NCBI RefSeq assembly: GCF_964213995.1
Contig: NW_027590120.1
Location: 310,001 to 374,000 of the forward strand
Length of the DNA: 64,000 nt
From: Mustelus asterias
Taxonomy: Eukaryota
Direction of reading: 5' to 3'
How positions within the stretch are numbered: position 1 is the stretch's first letter; every line of letters begins with the position of its first letter. Below the pieces are notes generated by a model that saw nothing but the letters and a program-made list of their open reading frames with translations, had not been told where the DNA came from and made no database searches. Made by a program: the position numbers and the translations under genes. Of this stretch, positions 24,684-35,700 are shown in pieces.

Positions 24684-25816
24684 CCCCAGAATGGGAGTTC
24701 CAGTTGGTGGCCAGAAGATGGCGCTGTCACACCGATCAATAGGGACAAGAATTAAACCCAGTGAGAGTCACAGAAAAGAACAAAATATAACCCCCCATGA
24801 GAAGAAGTGAGGAACACTTGCGAAATTGTATTCGTTGATTTTAAGGCGCGTTCATAATAAAACTCGCCTTCGGAAATCTATTTGATCTATTTCGTTCAAT
24901 TAGTGTTTTGAAGCTGTTTCCATGCCTGTCTGTAACACTAAACAACTCTTGTTCATCTCCCCTTTTAGATTTCTGGAGCCTTTGGCCCGAGATCAGAGTG
25001 TGTTGTTGGGTCAGAAACAGTTTATGAAAAATGAACAGATTTCAGAACTCATTGACTTTGATCATTCAATTGAATTTCACAATCTTTCCCGAACAGTATT
25101 CGAATACTCATCTGATTTACAGAAACGAGGAGCAGCGAGAAACAGATGAACAATGCGGGTATGGTAAGAAGTTTAATGCTACCCTGGTATTAGGTGGAGA
25201 CAGTCAGGGAGATGTGGAAACTGGCTGCTCTGAACTTCGGATTTATTTGAGAAATCAAAGTCGCAACTTTATGAAATGTGTTCAGGGTGTGGAAGCTGTC
25301 TGGAATATAGCAATAGTGATCAAATAAACGCTATGAACAGCTCACCCTCAAAGGCCCCCAGAAACTGAAAAGGGAGATGGAGCGAGTGGTGTTCAATATG
25401 GTAAGCAGGCATGGAAAAATAAGGAAAGGACAAATAGGGACTTCGGGATCAGAGGACGTCACACAAACATGGAGAACTGTCCGTCTGCTGTGTGTGTGGC
25501 GCTTCACGGCCAGGTTTGACGGATGTTTGGGATTTTATCACCCAGGTCTGATTTTAGAGGAATACAGAGTTGATTAGCAGCAGAAGGGACGATTTAATTG
25601 ACACATTCATTATGTGATGGACTTGTCGGCCTAAAACGGTTCTGCAGTTTGTTTTCTCGGCCTCTCCTGGAAACAGTTGGGTGACAGTTGATCCGAGGTG
25701 AATATGGTTTCCTGTCGGTTTGTGTTTGAGCGGCTGACAGCGCCGCTGCTCATTGTGGCTGCATCTGCCAGAAGTTCTATACAGCAGCGAGGAGCTCTGA
25801 CTTATCCTGCTGAGAC

Positions 25817-25855
25817 AGTTTTTGTACAGGAGTCAGGCTGCTTTCCATCACTGTG
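25817..25855 (-). other. 23-RSS
   Basis: CACAGTG + 23 bp + ACAAAAACT. Confidence 0.93.
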
Positions 25856-26314
25856 AGGCTGAAAGCGCAGTAATACACGGCCGCGTCAGACAACTGCAGA
25901 TCCGAGATAGTCAAACTGATGGATTTCTTCGAGGTTTGGAGGTCAGTCGAGAAACGGATTTTAGCAAAATCTGCTTGATATTCATCACCCCCCGAGTGCT
26001 TTCTCAGTATGTACTCGGGCTGGGAGTCTGGATGCTGTCGATACCAGTATAAAATATAGTAGGTTTCTGCAGTATCATAGTTGCAGTTTAATGTCACCGC
26101 GTCTCCTTCTGGCTTAACATCTGAGGACAGCGACTGAGTGACAGAATCTCCATGGCTCAGACCTGGAAAATATGTTCAAATAGATAAAGAAAAGAGTGAT
26201 GTGTACTCAACAGTAAGATTCAACCCAAGTTTTGGAAATGAGAAAACTAACGTGATGCCCAGAAATACCTGTTAGAAATGCCCCCCACACAATCCAAATG
26301 ATGAGTATCTTCAT
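25856..26314 (-). CDS. TCR alpha/delta V segment, intact (leader 26269-26314, V exon 25856-26162)
   Basis: MKILIIWIVWGAFLT|GLSHGDSVTQSLSSDVKPEGDAVTLNCNYDTAETYYILYWYRQHP..DAAVYYCAFS with canonical GT/AG. Confidence 0.92.
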
Positions 26315-27885
26315 TGTCTCTGTCCGCTCTGTAAAGGAGGAATCGGATATTTGAAGACACCCATTCTAATCCCCACCCTTAATAATCTGACGACATTTCT
26401 CAGAAAGCTCACGCGTCAGTTCCGTGTCTCGCCAGTGGCTCCGTGAGATTGATAATTGCTCAGATGACTGTTAGTGAATGGAAGCTCTCCAACCTGTCCT
26501 CCATTCGGTGTCCCTGTTGGGCGAATTGTTCCGCTTTGGAAACGGGATGTCAAGAAAAAAAAACTTCATTTTGTTATTGGAACGGAGGAGCAAGGAGTGT
26601 TGATTGATTTGGTGGATTTCCAATCAATGTTCTGTGCACATTCTCTTAGCTTTCGCATCCGAGCATTAGTGCCTGAGACTCCAGTGAGAGTCCAGAGAAC
26701 GGTGGAGGCTGAGGGCCACAGAATAATTTTAAAGCTGAGTGAAACCAATATTTTAACTAAAATTTATGCCACGGTTCAAGAAGATCAAGGCAGCAAAGTG
26801 GATTTAAACGGAAGATCAGATGAACTGTAATCTGACTGAATGGTAGAGCAGATTTGCAGGCAGCCGAAGTTTTATGTTCGAATGTTCAGAAATCAGTGGA
26901 TGGGCTGTGAGATACTTTGCAATCTTCGTTGTTTTACTAAAGGAACAGGGAAGTCGATCAGTGAGCTCTAGTTGCCTGTTTATTGTTCCTGAGATAATGT
27001 AAAAAGTGTACTGTGGATGTTGTACTGAAACTCGACAGTGCCTGAAATCAGCAGGGTTAGGATATCAAATTGTTATAGTGCAGCTAATTATGAGATTGCC
27101 TTTTCTTCAAAGGTCCACTCAGGGACAACAAGATGCACTTGGTAGTTGTGGCCCCATCTCATATAATATACTGGGAAGTGTCAACTTCAAGAACTTCCGT
27201 TTTTTCTTCTTAATCATTGTCAACATGGAGTCACTGGGAAAGTAATTCACGAACCCAGAATGATGCTTTGGGAAAAGTAGTTCAATCCCATCATATCAAC
27301 TGGTTACATTTAAATTCGATTGACGAGAAAAGTAGTCAAAATTCTACCCCAGCAGCTGGTTAAATTTAAATGTGATTAATTGATATTGAAAGCTACTCGC
27401 AATGATCGTTCCGAACGCGATCACTGCAAATCCACCTGGTTCACTAATGCACTTTGTGGAAGGAAATCTGCCTTCCTAGCCTAGCCTGGTCTGTGTGTGA
27501 CTACAGAACAACTGTAGTCACATAACTAACTCTCAAATTGCCCAGCCCGTTTCGAGGACAATTAGTGATCGACAAAATCTTGGACTTGTGACCAACACCC
27601 AATAAATATTTTTCTTTAAAAAGAGTGGTCATCATTTGATTAATATACCTAAATTACAGCAGTCAGGAGAACAGCATATTCTTTACTTTTAATTGGGAAG
27701 GAAACGCTAAGTGAAAAAGTGATATATTGACGAGCAGAGGTCCTTCTCCCGAATCAGTAACGTTGCAGCTCAGGAAATATTCTCCTGGAGTGGAAACACA
27801 GATTCACGCCCCCACAACGCTCATAGATCCACCCGCATTTCTGATACAACCAGTGCCAAACAAGTAAATCAACAGAAGTCTCTTC

Positions 27886-28180
27886 ATAGAATCCCTACAG
27901 TGCCGAAGGAGGCCATTCAGCCCATTAAGCTTGCACCGACAACAGTCACACCAAGGCCCTATCCCCGTAACCCCGCGTGTTAATCTCCTAATCCCCCTAA
28001 CACTAAGGGACATGACTATTCCACCTAACCTGCACATTTTTGGACTGTGGGAGGAAACGCACGTAGAGTCGGGGAGAAGGTGAAAACCCCACACAGACAG
28101 TTACCCAAGGCTGGAATTGAACCTGGGCCCCCTTTGCTATGAGGCAGGAATGCCAGCCATTGTGCCACCGTGTCGCCCAT
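27886..28180 (-). mobile_element. HE1/V-SINE
   Basis: Reverse complement of the 8457-8790 type. Confidence 0.8.
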
Positions 28181-28659
28181 TTACTAATACAGGATACATG
28201 AGGTGAGAGCAGAAAAATGGGACTGTGTGGTTACTGCCAATAGCAACGATATGCGAATGGTGCCAGAGGTTTTGTCGCCATCATTTCAAGTTGGGAGAAA
28301 TATGTGACGACTGCGCCCTCTGGCGGTGACTCAGGTTACGTGACGCTGTCCGCAAGTGCAAGGTTGTCGATGGGCCGTCTCCAGCGGGCTTTTACTGAGA
28401 GACGTGTTTTCAAACAATGCAACTATATAAATAGACGTGAGTGAAATATGAGTAATTTGAGAGAACAATGCATTCAGGGTCATTTCTGAATCTCTTCCTT
28501 TCTGTCTTTCTCACAGCTTTTGACTTTGTATTTCGCACTCGTAATGTCTCACTTTCCTTCAATTCTCCTTTCATACTTTTCTGATTTGTTGTCCTCTGCC
28601 CGTAATCTTAAACCGAAAACCAATTCCAGGATTTTGACGCAAGGGAGCCGCGTTACGTA

Positions 28660-28996
28660 GAGCACAGTGGTTAGCACTGCTGCTTCACAGCTCCAGGGAC
28701 CTGGGTTCGATTCCCAGCTTGGGTCACTGTCTGTGTGGAGTTTGCACATTCTCCTCGTGTCTGCGTGGGTTTCCTCCGGGTGCTCCGGGTTCCTCCCACA
28801 GTCCAAAGATGTGCGGGTTAGGTTGATTGGCCATGCTAACATTGCCCCTTAGTGTCCTGGGATGCGTAGGTTAGAGGGATTAGCGGGTAAAATTAGCAGG
28901 GAAATGGGGTTGGGCTTTGGTGCGATTGTGGTCGGTGCAGACTCGATGGGCCAACTGGCCTCTTTCTGCACTGTAGTGTTTCTATGATTCTATGAT
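28660..28996 (+). mobile_element. HE1/V-SINE
   Basis: Near full-length copy with tctatgattctatga tail. Confidence 0.85.
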
Positions 28997-29659
28997 ATGG
29001 TTCAAAATGAGGATGGTGTGCGGCTTGAAGGGGTGTTCTCATGCAGCTGTTCCTCTTATCCTTCTAGATGGAAGAGATTCCGGGTTCGCAAGGTGCTGTC
29101 GAAGCAGGCTTGACGGATTAATATAATCACAATGTAAAGTATATGCATTAACTTCTAGTGTAGGATTGTGATTTTGTTGGTTAACAAATAAGGAACTGTG
29201 GACGCCGTTATTTTTAAGTAGATTTGTTTATTGATGAGAAACGTTGTGCAAACATTGTTGCCCAGTCTGCCCAGAGACATTGGAATGCAATGATTTATAG
29301 AGTCCACTCTCTAGGCCTCTTGTGCCATTCACCTCCTGCTCTTCCAGTTACCATGCCCTAAGAGGGCATTGCTGACCATGAATGTCCTTATCATTCTGTG
29401 ACTGTTTATTTCAAATTATTCCAGCGGATTGCCATTGACCTCTGCAGTATTGTTGACCAGGCATCTGTTCCGTTCCCATCACCTGCCATCAGGAATACTG
29501 AAAGGGTTTACACGGCACACAACCCCAGAATAGAGGGACGACACTATAGAACCGATTTGACTTTAATGTCTCTTTCCCGGGTGACTGTTTGCGTGCCAGG
29601 CAACCATCTTATGTGTACCCATCTGTATATGGGTACACATAAGATGGGACTTAATAGAC

Positions 29660-30260
29660 ATTAAACCCCCACCCCATCAACATCCTGGGAGTTGACAGAA
29701 AACTGAACTGGACCCAGGAATATAAATACAGTGGCTACCAGAGCTGATCAAAGGTTAGGAATCCGGCGGCGAGTAACTCACCTCCTGACTCCCCAAAGCC
29801 TGTCCACCATCTACAAGGTACAAGTCAGGAGTGAGATGGAATACCCTCTACTTGCTTGGATGAGTGTAGCTGCAACCACACTCAAGAGGCTCGACAGAAT
29901 GCAGGACAAATCAGCCCGCTTGATTGCTACCCATTGCATGAACATTCATTCCTGCCACCACAGACGAACAGTGACAGCCGTGTGCACCATCTGCAGGATA
30001 CACTGCAGCAACTCACCAAGGTTTTTTTTTAGGCAGCACAATCCAAACACACGAGCACTGCCATCTAGGAGAAGAAGGGCAGCGGGCACATGGGAACACC
30101 CACAACCTCGAGGTTCCCTTCCAAGTTATTCTACATCCCTACATGGAAATATATCGTTGTTCCTTCACGGTCACTGTGCCAAATCACTGGAACTCCCTCA
30201 CTAACAGCACAGTGTGTGTACCTGCACATCAGGGACCACAAGAAGGCAGTTCACCACCAC
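29660..30260 (+). mobile_element. LINE ORF2 3' fragment
   Basis: LSTIYKVQVRSEMEYPLLAW..LDRMQDKSARLI, a typical post-RT region. Confidence 0.75.
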
Positions 30261-30725
30261 ACAATACACCAATGTCAGCTGCGGGAATAGACTATCTTCG
30301 TGCTGCGAGGTGAGTCTCTGTCCCGGATTTATAATAATAGTCGTGTTGCTAAGTGAGTCTATGTGGCGGTTATTGTGCATTTCATTTGTTATGAACTTCA
30401 GCAGACTTTGATCCATTCTGAATTTAGTTATAGGAACGAATGCCGAGAAGTCTGTGTCCGTGGGCTCATCTGAGTTAACAATTCTGGATGAACAGCCGGT
30501 AATTTTCTGCTATATTACCTCCACTTCTGAGCGCATCCTTCAACTGATAGCTCGATACTCCTGGTATCTGCTTACTATATAAATCGCGGCATGGGGTTTA
30601 GTCTCGAGATTTACCAAAGTGCTTCTATGATGATTTGAACAAGGTCAAATTGTCTGGTAAATAGAATCGCCGCCTTCGTGAACACGTGATCAAAACATCT
30701 TCGTGGAGTTGTAAATACTCGCTGA

Positions 30726-30764
30726 GGTTTTTGTAGGGGGTTTTAGCTGTAATCTAATCCTGTG
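30726..30764 (-). other. 23-RSS
   Basis: CACAGGA + 23 bp + ACAAAAACC. Confidence 0.88.
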
Positions 30765-31252
30765 CCTCACTGCACAGTAATAGACCGCCCCGTCCTCCAA
30801 ACTGAGGGCGCTTATATTGAGGGAGCCGCTCTGTGTGGACTTGTCAGTAGCCGGCAGATATCGTCCTGAAACTTCATTTTCCTCCACTACTAATGCATTG
30901 GTAATAATCCATCTCGGTGGCTGTGCCGGTTTCTGCTGATACCATTGCATGTAGCTCATACCCTTGTCTGTATAGTTACAATCCAACTGCACCGAATCCC
31001 CTTCTGATGCTGTTATTGTCACCGGTGACTGAGTTACTGGATCTGCGCACAGTCCACCTGTAAAGGTAGAGGAATTAAATATCAAGAGTTCATGTAAATT
31101 TATAGTTTGTGGAACCTCCCATCTACACCTCACATGGATATTTTTGATGGTTAATTAAATTGGCATCTTTGTGTATAAATATGTTTCCGTGGTTTGATGA
31201 ACGTTATCCGGTACTTACTGTGCAAGAGCGCCGCCAGAATGATCAGAAACAT
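30765..31252 (-). CDS. TCR alpha/delta V segment of a different family, intact (leader 31219-31252, V exon 30765-31057)
   Basis: MFLIILAALLHS|GLCADPVTQSPVTITASEGDSVQLDCNY..MQWYQQKP..DGAVYYCAVR with canonical splice sites. Confidence 0.9.
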
Positions 31253-31689
31253 GTCCGAGTGGATTTATTCCAGTGAATGAGAATAGATGAGTCAGAGAGT
31301 GAGAAAGAGAGCGGGAACCCAGGCTCTGCTCCGTTGATTGCAGTGTGTGAGTGAGTGTGAGTCAGTTTGTCTGTGTGGGTGTGATTGTGGGGAGCGGAAG
31401 TGGAGTCTATTGTGACCTCAGCAGCCTACCATCCATACAGGCTCCAGTGATAATGTCACGTGAGATTGTAGCACCGCCCCTCCCCCCGACATCCCTCCCC
31501 ACTCCAAAACCGGGCTCGAGATTGGCGCCCTCTGCTGACAAATGTTGTTTAATGCAAGTTCGCATTTGGCTGTTGAGTCGATTCAGGGTTTACTCCAACA
31601 CATACCAAGGCACAAATGCTGCCCAGGAATCCGAATTGGTGCTCTGTAGAAAGTCCTTGTTACGTTTCCTACTTACATCGTAAAATGAT

Positions 31690-32100
31690 GCGGGCATCAT
31701 TCCTGGAATTCTCTGTTCTAATCCCGGGTACACCGAAGTCCAGAGCATACCAAGACTTTGGGAAAAGTGCGGTGCTGGGGGAGATATTTCCGTGTAAGTC
31801 AGAGAGACGAGGATCCAAGGGCACAGCCTCAGAGTAAAGGGACGATCCTTTAAAGTGGAGATGAGGAGGAATTTCTTCAGCCAGTGGGTGGTGAATCGAT
31901 GGAATTCATTGCCACAGAAGGGTGTGGAGGTCAGGTCATTGAGTAGATATGTTTTTGATTTGTAAGGGGATCAAAGTTTCCGGGAAAAGGCGGGAGAATG
32001 GGGATGAGAAACTGAGCAGCCACAATTGAATGGCGGAGCAGACTTGATGGGTCGAATGGTCTAATGCTATTCCTATATCTTATCGTCTTAAAGGCTTATG
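31690..32100 (+). mobile_element. CR1 3' end fragment
   Basis: gagatgaggaggaatttcttcagccag..tggaattc..gaatggcggagcaga. Confidence 0.8.
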
Positions 32101-32279
32101 GTTATAAATCAGAATAGTGCCAGGGATCAACAGACTAATTTGGTTTATTTTGCTTACAAACAAGAAGGTACAAAGGCGACTCAGTTGATATGTTTAGAAT
32201 TTTCCTCTTTTCAGAGAGTAAAATTTAATATTATAAATTTAATATATGCCGCGATTTATATAATTGTATAATTTAATAT

Positions 32280-32362
32280 TGTAAAGTCACCGCTTCTCCT
32301 TCTGTCTTTACTGCTGAGGACAGCGGCCGAGTGACAGAATCTCAGTGGCCCATATCTGGAAA
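32280..32362 (-). pseudogene. Truncated TCR V relic (FR1 only)
   Basis: Matches the 5' end of the 25856-26162 V exon (ttccag..*DSVTRPLSSAVKTEGEAVTL), then ends in AT-rich sequence. Confidence 0.7.
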
Positions 32363-32431
32363 AAGGTTGTCTTTGGAGGAGGTGGACTCATAAGAAAATA
32401 TTCACGTTCATTCAGTTTGGCACTCGACATT

Positions 32432-32503
32432 CTTTGTGTAGTGTAGCGGGTAACATCTGTATTTTATACACGACAGCGCCCAGTTCCAAACAGTCGAGTT
32501 AGC
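32432..32503 (+). pseudogene. Highly degenerate tRNA-Val-like sequence
   Basis: gtagtgtagcgggtaacat..tacacgacagcgcccagttccaaac resembles vertebrate tRNA-Val A/B boxes. Confidence 0.4.
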
Positions 32504-32616
32504 AAAATACTAACATGCTGCGTTTGTTCAACAATTTCGGGCCTTTACCAAGGATTTCTGAGCTGCTTTGGATACAAGCAAACCAGTTATATTTCGGTGA
32601 AAGCGCCGGTTGCATA

Positions 32617-32661
32617 GACTCGTTGGTCTAGGGGCATGATTTTCGCTTTGGGCATTTGAGG
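32617..32661 (+). pseudogene. tRNA-Pro(TGG) 5' part, pseudogene
   Basis: gactcgttggtctaggggcatgattttcgctttggg is nearly the vertebrate tRNA-Pro 5' half; no T arm. Confidence 0.7.
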
Positions 32662-32789
32662 TGAAACTGTGTGAGAGGTTGACTGGGACAGCCATTGTAT
32701 TAGACGGTTGGATGGAGCGAAATTTGTTGAGTGTATTCAGGAGGAATTTCTCATTCCCGACGAGAGGGGGCAAAACTTTACTTCCTCTT

Positions 32790-35700
32790 GGGAAATAATG
32801 TGTTGTTTCTGCATGATGTGGGAGCTGGTGGACCCCACTGTGGTTCCCAGTGAGCATGTCTGCAGTAAGTGTTGGTTGCTTGAGGTACTCCGGCTCAGGG
32901 TCGATGAGCTGGAGTCTGAGCTTCAGACACTGCGACATATCGGGAGGGGGAGAGTTACCTGGACGCTGTGTTTCAGGAGGCAGTCACACCCTTTAGACTA
33001 ACTAATTCAGCCGGGGGTCAGGGACAAGAGGGTGTGGCTGCGAGCGAGGCAGGAAGTGGGATCCAGAAGGTAGAGTTGCAAGAGCCTCAGTCCCTGAATC
33101 TGTACAACAGGTTTGAAATTCTTACTCCCAGTGTGGATGGGAACGGGGACTGCAAGGAGGACGAGCAAACTGCCCACGGCACCGTGGTACAGGGAGCCGT
33201 TCAGGTGGAAGAAGAAAAAAGAAATGTAGTGGTAATTGGGGATAGTGTAGTTAGGGATATTGACACTGTTCTCTGTGACCAAGATCGAGAATACCAAAGG
33301 TTGTGTTGCCTGCCTGGTGCTCGGGTCCAGGATATCTCATCTGGGCTGCAGAGGAACTTGGAGTGGGAGGGTAAGAATCCAGTTGTAGTGGTCCACGTAG
33401 GTGCCAACGACATAGGCAGAACAGGAACAGAGGTTCTGCAGAGGGAGTATGAAAAGCTAGGAGCCAAATTAAAAAGCAGAACCAACAAGGTGGTAATCTC
33501 TGGATTACTACCTGAGCCACAAGCAAATTGGCGTAGGGTCAATAAGATTAAGGAGGTAAATGAGTGGCTCAAAGATTGGTGTGGGAGGAATGGGTTTGAA
33601 TTCATGGGATATTGGCACCAGTATTGGGGAAGATGGGACCTGTTCAGATGGGATGGTCTTCGTCTGAATCGTGCTGGGACCAGAGTCCTGGCGAATAGTA
33701 TAACCAAGGCTGTAAATAGGGCTTTAAACTGAATAGTGAGGTGGGGGGGGGGGGGGTGAGGGAGGGAGGGTTCAGGGGCATGGGGAATTATAAAATCAAA
33801 GGTAAAGGAGAGGGTACGAGTGCAGGTTAATGATGAGGACATTCACCTAGTTAAAGGAGTCAAGGGCTCAGGCAGAGTAAAAAAGGTGACAAACACAAGA
33901 AGAGAGGTGGTTAACGCAGTGCAAGGAGATGGTCTGGGGAAGGATAACCAGTTTGAGACAGGTAGGGACAGAGCATGCAATCAAAAGAATGCACTAACAA
34001 ATCGGGTCCATATAAAGGCTAGCATAAAGACACTTTACCTGAATGCACGTAGCATTCGAAACAAAGTGAATGAGTTGATGGCACAAATCAGTACAAATGG
34101 GTATGATCTAGTGGCCATTACAGAAACGTGGTTGCAGGGTGACCAGGACTGGGAACTGAATATCCAGGGGTATCAGACATTTCGGAAGGATAGACAGGAA
34201 GGAAAAGGAGGTGGGGTAGCTCTGTTAATTAAAGATAACATCAGGGCGGTAGTGAGAGACGATATAGGCTCTAAGGAGCAGAATGTGGAATCGTTGTGGA
34301 TGGAGATAAGGAATAGTAAGGGGAGAAAGTCACCGGTGGGCGTGGTCTATAGGCCCCCAAATAATAACTTTGAGGTGGTCGGGCTATAAACAAGCAAATA
34401 ATGGGTGCGTGCAAAAACGGAACAGCAATAATCATGGGGGATTTTAACCTGCATATTGATCGGTTGACTCAAGTCGGACACGGTGGACTTGAGAAAGAGT
34501 TCTGAGAATGCTGTCGGGATAGTTTCCTCGAACAGTATGTTACAGAACCTACGAGGGAGCAAGCCATCTTGGATCTGGTCCTGTGTAATGAGACAGGTAA
34601 AATTAATGATCTTCTTGTGAGGGATCTTGGAATGAGTGATCACAATATGGTTGAATTTCTAATACAAATGGAGGGAGAGAAAATAGGGTCCCAAACCAGT
34701 GTCCTCTGCTTGAACACAGGGGAGTACAATAGGATGAGGGCAGAATTGGCTAATGTAGACTGGGAGCGCAGACTAGTTGGTAGGACAGCTGAGCAACAGT
34801 GGTGGATTTTTAAGGAGATTTTTCTCAGTACTCAGCAAAAATATATTCCTGTGATAAAGGGGAAATATGAAGACATAAGGCAGCAAATTAGAGGAGTAAA
34901 TTGGAAGGAGGGATTCTCGGGGAAATCTACTGAAGAGAGGTGGCAGTTTTTCAAGGAATGTCTGTCTAGGGTTCTACAGGACAATGTTCCGAGCAGGCAG
35001 GGAGGAGTTGGTAGGTTAAAGGAACCGTGGTGCACGAAAGCTATGTGGGACCTAGTCGAGAAGAAAGGAAGTGTATAAAAGGCTTAGAGAGCTTGGCGAA
35101 GATAGGGATTTAGAAGAGTATAGGGCTTGTAGGAAGGGACTAAAGAAGGAAATTTGGAGAGCCAGAAGGGGTCACGAGAAAGCCTTGGCAAGTAGAATTA
35201 AGGAAAACCCTAAGGCGTTTTATAAATATGTGAAGAGTAAAAGGATGAGACGTGAAGGAATAGGGCCTATAAAAGGTGAAGGCGGGAAAATCAGTACGGA
35301 ACCAGTAGAAATGGCAGAGGTGCTTAATGAGTATTTTGCCTCGGTTTTCACAGAGGAGAAGGACATGGGTGGATGTACTGTGGGCTTGCGGTGGACTGAA
35401 AAGATTGAGTATGTGGATTTTAACAAAGAGGTTGGAATCGTTGAATGGCATCAAGATAGATAAGTCGCCGGGTCCGGATGGAATGTACCCCAGGTTACTG
35501 TGGGAGGCGAGGGAAGAGATTGCAGAGCCTCTGGCAATGATCTTTGCGTCGTCGATGGAGACAGGAGAGGTGCCGGAGGATTGGAGGATTGCGGATGTGG
35601 TTCCTATTTTCAAGAAGGGGAATAGGGATAGCCCAGGTAATTACCGACCGGTGAGTCTAACCTCAGTGGTTGGTAAGCTGATGGAGAAGATCCTGAGGGA

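Noticed and set aside
24960-25170. Exon-like segment with AG/GT boundaries
   Set aside because: No recognisable translation; cannot be supported without a search.
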